Part shown: positions 7,870 through 17,204 of the stretch, piece by piece
Position numbering within the stretch: position 1 is the stretch's first letter
How the letters are laid out: each line of letters begins with the position of its first letter
DNA from: Escherichia phage Sortsne
Sequence record: NC_048178.1
Strand: one strand, 5' to 3'
DNA: 41,912 nucleotides
Made by a program: the position numbers and the translations under genes
The notes under the pieces: model-generated
The model's input: only the letters and a program-made list of their open reading frames with translations
Told to the model about the DNA's origin: nothing
Database searches by the model: none

Positions 7870-8610
7870 TCAGAATGGGACGTTTGCCTGGTACACGGCG
7901 AGGGCGAAGCCTTCGGGGGTGGCGCTGCGGATGTTCTTCGTGCGGGTTGATGATCCTCCCAGCTTGGCCCATCCCGGATTGTTGGCGACTGCCGGGACTG
8001 GCTTATGGTCGGGCATGTTGAAAGCGCCGCCGCACCAGATCCCCGTCTGCTTCGGGTAGCTGTCCCGCGCCGGGTAGATCTCCGGGTAGAGGCTATGCTG
8101 GTGATCCTCCGGCAAGTAGCCGCCGAAGTGGTACGGGTGGAACCAATGATCGCAAGGTCGCCACATCGTGGAGAGCCGGGAGATCTTCGGGTTCTCCAGC
8201 ATCCAGGGGATAGCCTCCTTGTCGTCATATCCGCCGCTCTCATACGCGGCAAAGATCGCCACCTGCTCGACCATCTTCGCCAGCGCCACAGCCTTCTCCT
8301 GGAAGCGCGGATCTTTCTTCCGCTTCGCTTCCCACCAGCGCGCCCCGGTACAGGTAAGATCGGTACACTCGGCGAACGACGCCACGAACATAACGCCGGG
8401 GCCGACCTCCTCCGCAATGCGGAGCGCTTCGGCTTCGGTGTTGTCGGCGTCGAACATGCGGCCCACGCGGACCAGGTTCGGCTCCTCCGGGTCGCGGTGG
8501 ATGCCGTCCGGGTGCTGGCCGTCATACATCCAGCATTCATAGCCGCCCTTAAGCCACGGATCAACCATGATCCGGGTAAGGTTGAATAAGAAAATCGCCT
8601 TACCCGCCAT
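7870..8610 (-). CDS. hypothetical protein (replication-module associated)
   Basis: Start refined to ATG at 8610 (MAGKAIF...) adjacent to upstream stop; no confident motif. Confidence 0.45.
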   Translation of the reverse strand: MAGKAIFLFNLTRIMVDPWLKGGYECWMYDGQHPDGIHRDPEEPNLVRVGRMFDADNTEAEALRIAEEVGPGVMFVASFAECTDLTCTGARWWEAKRKKDPRFQEKAVALAKMVEQVAIFAAYESGGYDDKEAIPWMLENPKISRLSTMWRPCDHWFHPYHFGGYLPEDHQHSLYPEIYPARDSYPKQTGIWCGGAFNMPDHKPVPAVANNPGWAKLGGSSTRTKNIRSATPEGFALAVYQANVPF

Positions 8611-8611
8611 A

Positions 8612-9211
8612 TTAACCTCTCGCTGGCATGATGATAAACGTAGCCGGACCGCAAGGCGTTTCGAACTCCACGCGGAGCGGCTGATCCTTCGCGGCGAAGT
8701 GGAGAGAAGCAAACGGCATCTTAGCGCCGAACTTTTTCCCCAGCTTCTCAATCAGGCCCAGATACTCGGAGGCCACCTTGATCTCCGTGATAGCCTTCGC
8801 GCCTGCCTTCTGCCCGGAGATCAGGCGATCCACGTCAGGATAGCGAGCGTCCACGACGTCCACCGTCCCGACCGCGCCGCGCATCTTGCGGAAGTCATAC
8901 TCCGCGAGGTCCTTCGGCTTATCGGCGATCGCGCTGGTCCAGTAGACGATCCCGGCTTCCGTATCAATGACCGCCGTCGAAAAGGCCCGGCCACTGGGGG
9001 GAGTCGAGATCTTGAGGATAACGCCCTCCTCCGGGGCGTTTACCAGGCCGTGGGCGCTGGAGAGCGCCACGTGACCGTTAGAGGACTGGATCGTGTTGCC
9101 TTTCAGGTGGACGGCGTTCAGATAATAGCGGACGTCGTTCTTTGCCTGGGTCAGCGCGTGGGCGCGTAATGCTTCTACGGGTGCATAAATAATCATCTTT
9201 GAGCCTTCCAT
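8612..9211 (-). CDS. truncated DnaN-like sliding-clamp protein
   Basis: DVRYYLNAVHL resembles the DVRYYLNG motif of DNA polymerase III beta clamp, and C-terminal FIIMPARG resembles the clamp C-terminus; about half the length of DnaN. Confidence 0.45.
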   Translation of the reverse strand: MEGSKMIIYAPVEALRAHALTQAKNDVRYYLNAVHLKGNTIQSSNGHVALSSAHGLVNAPEEGVILKISTPPSGRAFSTAVIDTEAGIVYWTSAIADKPKDLAEYDFRKMRGAVGTVDVVDARYPDVDRLISGQKAGAKAITEIKVASEYLGLIEKLGKKFGAKMPFASLHFAAKDQPLRVEFETPCGPATFIIMPARG

Positions 9212-9861
9212 TAAATCAGCGTCTTGCCATCAAAAATCATTTCCGCCTGCGTGACGTACTCCGTCTTGATCTCGCCACGTTTGCGCGGCTTGATAACGAA
9301 GATCACGGACGGCTTGCTGTTCTTCTTCCCGGCGATCTTCGTGTCGGCGCGCACAAAGGCCACACGGCCCGACGTCTCGCCGTCGCTGGTGATGTGAACG
9401 ACCAGACTCCCGGCGTCCAGCGCCTTCTTAAACCACGCCGTGGAGGCGTCGGAGTTCAGGAGGAGGACGGTCGTCACGCCGCGCGCCTTCGCCTGCTGGA
9501 CGGCCTTCTCCACCCAGGGAAGCGGGTCGGCGTATGGCGGGTTACACCATGCCAGCCCGTTCTCGGCTCCCCACTCCACGCCGTCGGCCAGCGCGTCCGT
9601 TGCTTCGTCCAGGTAGACGTCGCAAAGGGCGTTTTCCTTCTCCGCTGCCACGTCGATCCCGAACGCGCCGAAGCGCTTCACGCACCAGGCGAACAGCCAC
9701 GGCGGGGTCTGCCACTTCTGGCGGATGTTATCCGGCGTAACGCTGCCTTTGAAGCGACGCCCGGAAACCTTCACGGCGTCCTCCACCTGCGCCACCACTG
9801 CCGCCTCGCCGCCGATGGCTTCCACCGCGTCGATCGTTACTTTGTCGTTTTCGTCTTTCAT
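9211..9861 (-). CDS. dam: phage Dam-type DNA N6-adenine methyltransferase
   Basis: WQTPPWLF and NPPY (WCNPPYADP) motifs characteristic of phage N6A methyltransferases. Confidence 0.85.
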   Translation of the reverse strand: MKDENDKVTIDAVEAIGGEAAVVAQVEDAVKVSGRRFKGSVTPDNIRQKWQTPPWLFAWCVKRFGAFGIDVAAEKENALCDVYLDEATDALADGVEWGAENGLAWCNPPYADPLPWVEKAVQQAKARGVTTVLLLNSDASTAWFKKALDAGSLVVHITSDGETSGRVAFVRADTKIAGKKNSKPSVIFVIKPRKRGEIKTEYVTQAEMIFDGKTLI

Positions 9862-9869
9862 GTTGCGCC

Positions 9870-10307
9870 TTATTGTCCAGTTGATCCGAAGCCGCCGGAG
9901 CGGGTGCTGGTTGCTTCCGGGAGGGTGGTCACTTCGTCGAGTTCGACCTGTTCGATCGGGACGAGCATAAACTGGGCCACGCGGTCGCCCTTCTTGACCT
10001 GCGGCAAGCGGCCAGGGATATCACAATGTAACTTCACCATTACCTCGTCGCGGTAGTCGCTATCGATCACGCCGACGCAATTAGACAGGCGGGTGTTCTG
10101 GTTGAAACCCATCCCGGATCGGGAGTAGATCAGCATGGCCCAGCCTTCGGGGATAGCTACGGCCCAGCCAGTCCGGCACAGGATCGAGCCGTCGCCCTGC
10201 GCTTCTGCGGTCAGCGCGTAAACGTCCATACACGCGGAGCCGTCGGTGGCATAGGTGGGTAACTTAAAGTTTTCATCAGTGGTTAAGCGTTTGATCTTGA
10301 GTTCCAT
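9870..10307 (-). CDS. dut: dUTP diphosphatase
   Basis: Conserved dUTPase motifs (YSRSG, GVIDSDYRDEV, C-terminal RSGGFGSTG); GGAG RBS. Confidence 0.85.
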   Translation of the reverse strand: MELKIKRLTTDENFKLPTYATDGSACMDVYALTAEAQGDGSILCRTGWAVAIPEGWAMLIYSRSGMGFNQNTRLSNCVGVIDSDYRDEVMVKLHCDIPGRLPQVKKGDRVAQFMLVPIEQVELDEVTTLPEATSTRSGGFGSTGQ

Positions 10308-10456
10308 TTTGTACTCCAGTTGTTGTCTACGTGGTAAAGTTAACGGATTCGTGATTTTATTTCAAGTCAATTTGATGATAAATTATTAAATGTCTCTTTC
10401 GTCTGGTTCCCAGGCGTTACAAATTTAGCGCCGCTGGTATCTCGTGCGCTCCCATC

Positions 10457-10482
10457 GGCCCCACGTGCGGGGCCTTTTTTTT
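10457..10482 (+). terminator. plus-strand-oriented intrinsic terminator in primase-dUTPase intergenic region
   Basis: GGCCCCACGTGCGGGGCC hairpin followed by T8 on the plus strand; U-tract faces opposite to the flanking genes. Confidence 0.5.
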
Positions 10483-11293
10483 ACCCGAACGCCCCGCAAT
10501 AGTCCCCGCCCCATCTGGCGCGCCCGGTCTTGTCATAGGCATACATCCAGGCCTCGTCCGGGTCGGTGCATACCATGCGAAGCTCCCGATCGCCGTCGTA
10601 TTCGAGGGCCACCTGTACCGCGTTACGTGGCGTAAAGGTTAGCCATACCTCGGCCCCGGTGCGAGCGGCCACATTCACGGCATGGCCTGGATCGGCCACA
10701 AGATACGCCGTCTTGCCGTCGGGTACTGGGTGGATCAGGCCATAGGCTCCCCACGTCCGGCCACCAGCGGCGAACGCCACCGAACGGTCCGGCGCGATCT
10801 TCGCCACGTTGCAGGGCATCCCCCCAGACGCGCGGACGCATGGAACATACAGGAAGCCGTCGCGCATCGTGCCTTTAGCCATGACCTTCTCCACGTCCTC
10901 CGGCGTCAGGCTGTAGTCCTCGCCCGGCCTGTCCTGCATCCTGGCTAACTTCTTCGCCTCGCGGACGATCGTCTCCCGCTTCTCCGGGGTGAGTCCGCCT
11001 ATCCAGTCGCCCAGGTCGTTGATCGCCTCGTTGAATGGCTGGTTACGCGAGGCCATAAACCAAAACATGCCATCACGAGCGCCACCGCACGAGCCGGAGC
11101 AATAGGCGAAGCCCTCGCCCCGCTTATTGGCCTGCTTATGGCCCCATCGGAAACGGTCGGAGCCGCCACAGATCGGGCAAGCCTGGTGCTTCCCGTTGAA
11201 CGCCTTCCGGTCCCATCCGCACAGATCGAGGAGCGCCTGTTCCCACTTGCCGGGCATAGCGCCTAACACGTCCTCTTTTTTGTAAATTGCCAT
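10481..11293 (-). CDS. DNA primase (zinc-ribbon plus TOPRIM)
   Basis: N-terminal CPICGGSDRFRW...YCSGSCG primase-type zinc ribbon; C-terminal TOPRIM-like acidic motifs (YLVADPG...CTDPDEA). Confidence 0.7.
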   Translation of the reverse strand: MAIYKKEDVLGAMPGKWEQALLDLCGWDRKAFNGKHQACPICGGSDRFRWGHKQANKRGEGFAYCSGSCGGARDGMFWFMASRNQPFNEAINDLGDWIGGLTPEKRETIVREAKKLARMQDRPGEDYSLTPEDVEKVMAKGTMRDGFLYVPCVRASGGMPCNVAKIAPDRSVAFAAGGRTWGAYGLIHPVPDGKTAYLVADPGHAVNVAARTGAEVWLTFTPRNAVQVALEYDGDRELRMVCTDPDEAWMYAYDKTGRARWGGDYCGAFG

Positions 11294-11294
11294 C

Positions 11295-11323
11295 TTGCCC
11301 TCCGATAACTTCCCGTATACTAT
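11295..11323 (+). promoter_or_regulatory. sigma70-like promoter TTGCCC-N17-TACTAT for the plus-strand recombination operon
   Basis: In divergent primase/helicase intergenic region; TATCACGAAAGCG motif at start site. Confidence 0.45.
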
Positions 11324-11346
11324 ATCACGAAAGCGTTAAGAAACAA
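11319..11346 (-). promoter_or_regulatory. candidate divergent promoter TTGTTT-N16-TATAGT for primase operon
   Basis: Minus-strand reading; -10 overlaps the plus-strand -10 (TACTATA palindrome). Confidence 0.3.
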
Positions 11347-11360
11347 GAAAGGATAAAAGA

Positions 11361-13397
11361 ATGATTGAGACACTGGAGCGCCAGATCGAGGCGCTGGACC
11401 GGGACGCCATTCTCCGCACGTTGGGCGACCTCCCGGTGACTCCATACGATCACCAGTTCGTCGCCTATGAGGCTTGCCAGCAAGCGATCCGCAAGTACCC
11501 CGGCCCGGTTATCGTGGATGCCGCCGTTTCGGCGGGCAAGACCATCATGATCGCCATGCTGGCGCGCCGTATTCGTGATCTGGGCTTCCCGGCCATAATC
11601 CTGTCCCGTCAGGCGGAGATCATCGATCAGGACTTTGAGGAGTTGAAAAACTTCGGCGTCCCATCGTCGATCTACTGCGCCGGGCTTAACCGGAAGTCGG
11701 CCCACTTCCCGATCGTGGTCGGCTCGGAGGGTACGGTGATCGGTGGCCTCCAGCCCGGTAAACATCTGGCCGACTATGCCCCGCTGTTCCTGCTGATCGA
11801 TGAATGCCACCACGTGAACATAGAGGACCTGATCCGCTCTGAGACGCGAAAAGTCCCGGAGTATCTCATGGAGAACGGGGAGATCGTGCTGAATGGCTTC
11901 GGGGAGCCGGAGCAAATCGGCGAGCATATCGGCGAGACTTACGAGGAAATGATCGAGGCTGGCCGCGCCGCGTATACAGTCATTATCCGCACGTTACAAA
12001 AGCGTTGCCGGGAGCGGTACGGCAAAGAGCTACGCATTATCGGTTATACCGGGACGCCTTACCGTGGCGTGGAGTCCATCGTCCAGCCTAACCTAAAAGA
12101 GCCGGGCTTCTGGCGGAAGATCGTCACGAACATTTCAACGGAATATCTGGTAAGCGTTGGCGCGGTGGTCCCGACTCGCTTCGGCGTGTCCGATCTCCAT
12201 TACGACCTCGACCAGTGGCGATCGACGGGCGAGGATGGCATTAAGGAGTTCAGCGACGCGGATATGGCCGCGATGCAAGCCCAGATCCTCAAAGACAAAA
12301 AGCTCACGCAAAAGATCATGGCGGAGGTCTACGCCATCACCCAGGACCGCCTCGGCGTTCTGGTGACGTGCGCCGGGGTTCGCCACTGCAAGGAAGCCGC
12401 CGAAGCGCTGCCGCCCGGTACGCCTTACGCCATCATTACCGAAGATACCGGACCGAAGAAACGCCGCGATATCCTGCGCGACGCCAATACGGGCAAAATC
12501 AAATTTATCTTCCAGGTTAACGCGCTAACGACGGGCGTTAACGTGCCATTCTGGGACACGTCCGTGATCCTGCGGAAGATTGGCTCCCTCACCCTGTTAA
12601 CCCAGCTTTTGGGCCGTGGTATGCGCATCCTTAAGCCGTTCCACATCGCCGCCGGGTACACGAAGGAGGATCACCTGGTGCTCGACTATGCCGGGACGCT
12701 GGACGAGTTGGGATCGCTGTACTTCTCCCCGCTGCTGGAGGCTTACCAGCATAACGCCGACGAGGCAAAGGGCGCGCTCGTTGTACCGTGTCCGAAGTGT
12801 AAGGCCGCTGGGCGGAAAGTCCTTAACGGCGAACATGCTCGCCGCTGCCGCTACGTCGATCCCGATACTAAAATCCGGTGCGATCATTTCTTCCAGTTCA
12901 TCACCTGCGACGACTGGAAGGACGCCAACGGCAAGACCATCACACAAAAGGGGTGCGGGGCGAAAAATGATATCGTCGCGCGGATCTGCCGCTGCTGCGG
13001 TAACAGCCTGATCGATCCGAACGAAAAACTATCCCACACGGCATACAGCAAGGACGACTATTGCAACGTGCGCGGCTTCGCCATTGAGCCAGCGCGAGGG
13101 CGTGGCGGGCTGGCCTTCCGGTACGATCTGGAAAAGGACGGCGTGGAGTTCAGGGCGTGGCAAGTCTTTTGGCCGGGCAGCGAATCCCCCCAGGCGCGGA
13201 AGGAGTGGGAGTTCAACGGGATCGGTAAGCACGTTCTGGACGCTGGCAAGCGCCGCGAGATCAAGAAATGCCGCACCGTGGAGGCCGTACTGGCTTACGC
13301 TCCGTACTTCATGGCCCCGCTGAAAGTTACCCACCGCAAGATCGGCAAGGGTAAGGACGTAATCACCAACAAAATTTTCATTAACGAGGACTTTTAA
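11361..13397 (+). CDS. SF2 DEAD/DEAH-type DNA helicase with C-terminal zinc ribbon
   Basis: Walker A AAVSAGKT, DECH box (LLIDECHHV), helicase C-terminal motifs, CPKCKAAG...C Zn ribbon. Confidence 0.8.
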   Translation: MIETLERQIEALDRDAILRTLGDLPVTPYDHQFVAYEACQQAIRKYPGPVIVDAAVSAGKTIMIAMLARRIRDLGFPAIILSRQAEIIDQDFEELKNFGVPSSIYCAGLNRKSAHFPIVVGSEGTVIGGLQPGKHLADYAPLFLLIDECHHVNIEDLIRSETRKVPEYLMENGEIVLNGFGEPEQIGEHIGETYEEMIEAGRAAYTVIIRTLQKRCRERYGKELRIIGYTGTPYRGVESIVQPNLKEPGFWRKIVTNISTEYLVSVGAVVPTRFGVSDLHYDLDQWRSTGEDGIKEFSDADMAAMQAQILKDKKLTQKIMAEVYAITQDRLGVLVTCAGVRHCKEAAEALPPGTPYAIITEDTGPKKRRDILRDANTGKIKFIFQVNALTTGVNVPFWDTSVILRKIGSLTLLTQLLGRGMRILKPFHIAAGYTKEDHLVLDYAGTLDELGSLYFSPLLEAYQHNADEAKGALVVPCPKCKAAGRKVLNGEHARRCRYVDPDTKIRCDHFFQFITCDDWKDANGKTITQKGCGAKNDIVARICRCCGNSLIDPNEKLSHTAYSKDDYCNVRGFAIEPARGRGGLAFRYDLEKDGVEFRAWQVFWPGSESPQARKEWEFNGIGKHVLDAGKRREIKKCRTVEAVLAYAPYFMAPLKVTHRKIGKGKDVITNKIFINEDF

Positions 13398-13399
13398 GC

Positions 13400-13846
13400 A
13401 TGGGAACGATTAACAAAAAAGTGGAGTTCTGGCGCGAGTTTTACCCGGAGCATAAGGCGACCTACAGCCCGAAAGAGGAGGTAGAACAGAAGATCACGGC
13501 GTCCCACATCCAGTACAATTACCCGGACCTTCTGGCCTTCCATCCGGTCAATGAGTCCGGCGGGTCCGGTGATGCCGCCTACGGGGCGAAGTTAAAGGCG
13601 CTGGGCCGACTGGCCGGGATCTCTGACTGGGTGATCCTGGAGCCGCGCGGCGGGTATGGCTTCGCGCTGATCGAGTTGAAACGGAACGACCGGAGCAAAT
13701 CGCGCCTTAACCCGGAGCAAAAGGAGATCCTGGAGAAAGCGCGGGCGCGTGGTGGCTGGACGGCGGTCGCATGGGGTGCGGACGCCTTCGAGGTCGCGCT
13801 GGATTATTATCTCTCTCTACCGCTTGCAAATATCACGAAAGCGTGA
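13400..13846 (+). CDS. VRR-NUC domain nuclease
   Basis: ISDWVILEPRGGYGFALIELKRND matches the PD-(D/E)XK core of VRR-NUC proteins. Confidence 0.7.
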   Translation: MGTINKKVEFWREFYPEHKATYSPKEEVEQKITASHIQYNYPDLLAFHPVNESGGSGDAAYGAKLKALGRLAGISDWVILEPRGGYGFALIELKRNDRSKSRLNPEQKEILEKARARGGWTAVAWGADAFEVALDYYLSLPLANITKA

Positions 13847-13852
13847 TTTAAT
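13824..13852 (+). promoter_or_regulatory. promoter TTGCAA-N17-TTTAAT with perfect 16-bp palindrome ATCACGAAAGCGTGAT in the spacer
   Basis: Palindrome at 13832-13847 overlaps the VRR-NUC stop codon; precedes exonuclease gene. Confidence 0.45.
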
Positions 13853-13887
13853 TACTCTCACGTTATCCACACGAGAGAGACAAAATT

Positions 13888-14928
13888 ATGTTAGCCAATG
13901 GCCTGATCCCGGCGCTGCCATCTTACGAGGTGGCCGCGTCAATCTTCGTAGACGCCAGATCGTCGGAAGAACTCACAAACGAACAGTACCACGAGGACGA
14001 GGTATATATTACCGGGTCCAGCCTTTGGACCATTTACAGCAAATGCCCGGCGGCGTGGCGCTTCCAGAAGGTGCAAGAGGCGAAAGCGAAAAAGCTCAAT
14101 TCCGCCCAGAAGCCGCTCACCTTCGGGACCACTTCCCACACGATGTTACTTGAGCCGGACCGCTTCGAGCGCGAGTTTTTCCGCCTGCCTAACCCGGAGG
14201 ACTTCAAAGACCTGATCACCTCGATCAAGGGGATGGAGTCATGGCTTAAGGCGCGCGGCCAGAAAGGCTACAGCAACAAAAAGCCGGAGGAGTTGATCGC
14301 CATGTGTCGCGCGATCCAGCAACCGGACGAAGTGCTTAACATCTGGCACGAGATCGAGGCCGAAGCGGTGAAGGAAGCCAACGGGCGCGAGATCGTCCCG
14401 GCGAAGGACTGGGACCGCGTTCACTCCATGCGCGACGTTCTGCTGGTAAACCACAATTACCGCCGGATCATTGAGACGGGCGTCCCGGAGTTGTCGCTGT
14501 TCTGCATTATCGACGGCGTTCCCGTTAAGGTCCGCCTGGACCGTGTGACCGATATCGGCGAGATCATCGACTACAAGACCACGCAAAGCGCGGAGCCGGA
14601 GAAGTTCGGGCGACTGGCTCATGACCTCGGCTACTGGTGCAAGATGGCGCTACAACATGATTGTTTTAAGCTGGCATACGAGCGCGATCCGGCGGGGACT
14701 AAGTTACTCGTCCAGGAAAAGGACGAGCCGTGGCTGGCGCTCATGAATCGCCTTACCCCGGAGCAAATCATGATCGGGCGCGCCCAGTACAAGACCGCGC
14801 TCCAGCTTTACAAGCATTGCCGCGAGGCCGACGTGTGGCCCGCTTACGCAAACGGCCAGGAGGAGATCCCCCTCGCCACTCCGATGTATTTACAGCAACG
14901 TTACAAAGAATATTTTAAAGAGGTGTAA
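13888..14928 (+). CDS. PD-(D/E)XK family exonuclease (recombination exonuclease partner of Erf)
   Basis: LDRVTD...EIIDYKTTQS motif of RecB/YqaJ-type nucleases; immediately upstream of Erf. Confidence 0.6.
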   Translation: MLANGLIPALPSYEVAASIFVDARSSEELTNEQYHEDEVYITGSSLWTIYSKCPAAWRFQKVQEAKAKKLNSAQKPLTFGTTSHTMLLEPDRFEREFFRLPNPEDFKDLITSIKGMESWLKARGQKGYSNKKPEELIAMCRAIQQPDEVLNIWHEIEAEAVKEANGREIVPAKDWDRVHSMRDVLLVNHNYRRIIETGVPELSLFCIIDGVPVKVRLDRVTDIGEIIDYKTTQSAEPEKFGRLAHDLGYWCKMALQHDCFKLAYERDPAGTKLLVQEKDEPWLALMNRLTPEQIMIGRAQYKTALQLYKHCREADVWPAYANGQEEIPLATPMYLQQRYKEYFKEV

Positions 14929-14930
14929 TC

Positions 14931-15650
14931 ATGGAATTTTCAACGGATAAAGGTCAGATCGTCCCGGCAATGGTTAAGGCTCGCCTGGCGATGAAAAGCG
15001 AAGTTAAAAAGAATACCGAAAACCGCCATCTGGGTAACTGGTACGCGAATTTAGAGAGTTTCCTGGACACTATCCGCCCGGCGCTGGAAGCCAACGGCCT
15101 GATCGTTATCCAGTCGCCGCTCGCCACGGTAGAAAAAGCGAATATGCTCGTCCTGCCGCTGGAGACGATGATCCTCCATGAGTCCGGCGAATACATGACC
15201 GCCGTTATGGAAATGCCGATCAGCTTCGGCAAGGGCGCACAGGCCCACAGCGTCGGATCGGCTATCACGTATGCCCGCCGTTACCACATTTCCGCGCTGT
15301 TCGGTGTGGCCCAGTCCGACGACGACGGTAACGCCACCAGAAAATCCGCCCGCCAGTGGATCGGGGATCTGGAGTTGATCGAGGACCTCGACAAGCTCAA
15401 AGAAGCCGTGGCCCACGTGGTCCACACGCTGGCCGATGATAGCGCGAGCGTGAAGGTCGTCCGCGAGTGGCACATTACGCGCCAGGCCCAGCTTAAGGCC
15501 GCGACCGCCAACGGCTTTAATCCCGCTTCTGTTGTGAAGAAGAAAAAAGCCGCCGATAATGCTCCGGCACAAGAACAGCCCGCCGTCGTAACGGAGCCGG
15601 AAGTGGACGCCCCGGCGGTGGAACAAAAACCGAATATTGAGGACTTCTAA
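14931..15650 (+). CDS. erf: Erf-family single-strand annealing protein
   Basis: [18 protein letters not shown] motif typical of the Erf family; followed by SSB. Confidence 0.8.
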   Translation: MEFSTDKGQIVPAMVKARLAMKSEVKKNTENRHLGNWYANLESFLDTIRPALEANGLIVIQSPLATVEKANMLVLPLETMILHESGEYMTAVMEMPISFGKGAQAHSVGSAITYARRYHISALFGVAQSDDDGNATRKSARQWIGDLELIEDLDKLKEAVAHVVHTLADDSASVKVVREWHITRQAQLKAATANGFNPASVVKKKKAADNAPAQEQPAVVTEPEVDAPAVEQKPNIEDF

Positions 15651-15652
15651 GC

Positions 15653-16198
15653 ATGGCATCACGCGGCGTAAACAAGGTGATTCTGGTCGGCAACCTGGGA
15701 CAAGATCCCGAAGTGCGTTATATGCCGTCCGGCGGAGCGGTGGCGAACATCACGATCGCCACGTCCGAAAGCTGGCGCGATAAGCAAACGGGCGAACAAA
15801 AGGAGGTCACGGAGTGGCATCGGGTCGTATTGTTCGGGAAGCTGGCCGAAGTCGCCGGGGAGTACCTGCGCAAAGGGTCACAGGTTTACATCGAGGGCCA
15901 GCTTAAGACGCGCAAGTGGACGGACCAGCAAGGCGTCGAGAAGTACACGACGGAGGTCGTCGTGAACGTCGGCGGTACGATGCAAATGCTCGGCGGGAAA
16001 CGTGAAGGCGGTCAGTCTGGGGGGAATGGTGGCCCGACTCACTCCGGCGGTGGCAATTCTCGCCAATCTCCGGGCCGTAGCGCGCCGCAAAACCAAAATA
16101 CGGGCAAGGGTAGCGGGTCAGGGTCTGCGCCTCGTGGTGGCGCTTCTGGGGCGTCTAACGAGCCGCCGCAAGATTTCGACGATGATATCCCGTTTTAA
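15653..16198 (+). CDS. ssb: single-stranded DNA-binding protein
   Basis: N-terminal OB-fold ([35 protein letters not shown]), Gly-rich linker and C-terminal acidic tail DDDIPF. Confidence 0.9.
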   Translation: MASRGVNKVILVGNLGQDPEVRYMPSGGAVANITIATSESWRDKQTGEQKEVTEWHRVVLFGKLAEVAGEYLRKGSQVYIEGQLKTRKWTDQQGVEKYTTEVVVNVGGTMQMLGGKREGGQSGGNGGPTHSGGGNSRQSPGRSAPQNQNTGKGSGSGSAPRGGASGASNEPPQDFDDDIPF

Positions 16199-16205
16199 TT
16201 AACTA

Positions 16206-16245
16206 ACAGGCCCCTCCGGGGGCCAGATCCTCCCAGGGGTCGAAG
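16206..16245 (+). repeat. conserved intercistronic element, copy 2 (hairpin GGCCCC-UCCG-GGGGCC plus CCCAGGGGTCGAAG leader)
   Basis: Near-identical to 3461-3498. Confidence 0.6.
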
Positions 16246-16686
16246 ATGAAACAATGCTCAATCTGTCGAACCATGAAGCCGTTAGAGGACTTCCACAGGA
16301 ACAAGCGCCAGAAGGACGGAAGGGATCGGCGCTGCCGGACGTGTAAGAGCGCCTATTGCAAGGAGCGCTATCACGGAGATCCAGACCATAAGGAGAAGAT
16401 CATCGCCCAGGTGAAGGAGTACCAGGCGGGGCCGGGGCGGGAGAAGTCGAACGCCACAAAGTCGGCCTATCATTCGAAGCATCCGAAGAAGCGACACGCC
16501 CACAATCTGGTCCGTAACGCTCTGAGGCGCGGAGAGCTAACGAGGGGGCCGTGTGAGGTCTGCGGCGTCGAGAAGGTAGTGGGCCACCATGACGACTACG
16601 ATCGACCGTTAGACGTGCGCTGGCTCTGCGAGAAGCATCACAAAGCCTGGCATCTGGTCCACGGTGAAGCGCTTAATCCCGATTGA
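16246..16686 (+). CDS. Cys/His-rich zinc-binding protein (possibly HNH-like)
   Basis: CSICR...CRTCK and CEVCG...HHDDY...WLCEKHH clusters; preceded by conserved hairpin plus leader. Confidence 0.45.
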   Translation: MKQCSICRTMKPLEDFHRNKRQKDGRDRRCRTCKSAYCKERYHGDPDHKEKIIAQVKEYQAGPGREKSNATKSAYHSKHPKKRHAHNLVRNALRRGELTRGPCEVCGVEKVVGHHDDYDRPLDVRWLCEKHHKAWHLVHGEALNPD

Positions 16687-16711
16687 CGTATATCACTAAT
16701 TAATTAATAAT
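16683..16711 (+). promoter_or_regulatory. promoter TTGACG-N17-AATAAT upstream of Cro-like HTH gene, with TATCAC motifs
   Basis: TATCACTAATTAATTAATAATCACGG spans spacer and start region. Confidence 0.45.
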
Positions 16712-16729
16712 CACGGAGACGTTAACAAA

Positions 16730-16957
16730 ATGATGGAGCCTATGATGGCGCAAAAATTAAAGCCTGTTTGCCTCGTGAAAGAAGTCCGCGAAGCGAAGGG
16801 CGTCAAACAGAAAGACCTCGCGGAAGCGACTGGCATCCTCCAGCAACGTTTAAGCTGCTATGAGAACGGCCACGATCTCCCGTCTGTAACTAACCTCTGC
16901 CGCCTTGCTGTAGCGCTGGAGGTTTCCATTAACGATCTGATCGAGTACGGAGTGTAA
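16730..16957 (+). CDS. XRE-family helix-turn-helix regulator (Cro-like)
   Basis: 75 aa; GVKQKDLAEATGILQQRLSCYENG is a classic XRE HTH; own promoter carries TATCAC motifs. Confidence 0.7.
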   Translation: MMEPMMAQKLKPVCLVKEVREAKGVKQKDLAEATGILQQRLSCYENGHDLPSVTNLCRLAVALEVSINDLIEYGV

Positions 16958-16958
16958 T

Positions 16959-17204
16959 GTGGAGAATAAAGCCCAGCCTATGACCGGGGCCGATATCAAA
17001 GGCTATCGAACATTGAACGAAGCCGAAAAAAAGGCAATGAATGACCTGAAAGAGACGAGCCGCTATTTTATCGCCACGCTCGATCAGTTCCCGGACATTC
17101 TGCCGGACGTCGATCGCCGCTGGTTAGCTCGCGCCCGTACTGCAATGCAAGACGCTTGCATGTTTGGCTGTCGCGCGGTAGCAAGACCGGACGATGATTG
17201 TTAA
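16959..17204 (+). CDS. hypothetical protein
   Basis: GTG start with GGAG RBS 8 nt upstream; ends just before bidirectional terminator. Confidence 0.4.
   Translation: MENKAQPMTGADIKGYRTLNEAEKKAMNDLKETSRYFIATLDQFPDILPDVDRRWLARARTAMQDACMFGCRAVARPDDDC

Noticed and set aside
7596-8654. 352-aa minus-strand ORF spanning several annotated genes
   Set aside because: Arg/Ser/Thr-rich nonsense translation in an alternative frame; overlaps well-supported coupled ORFs
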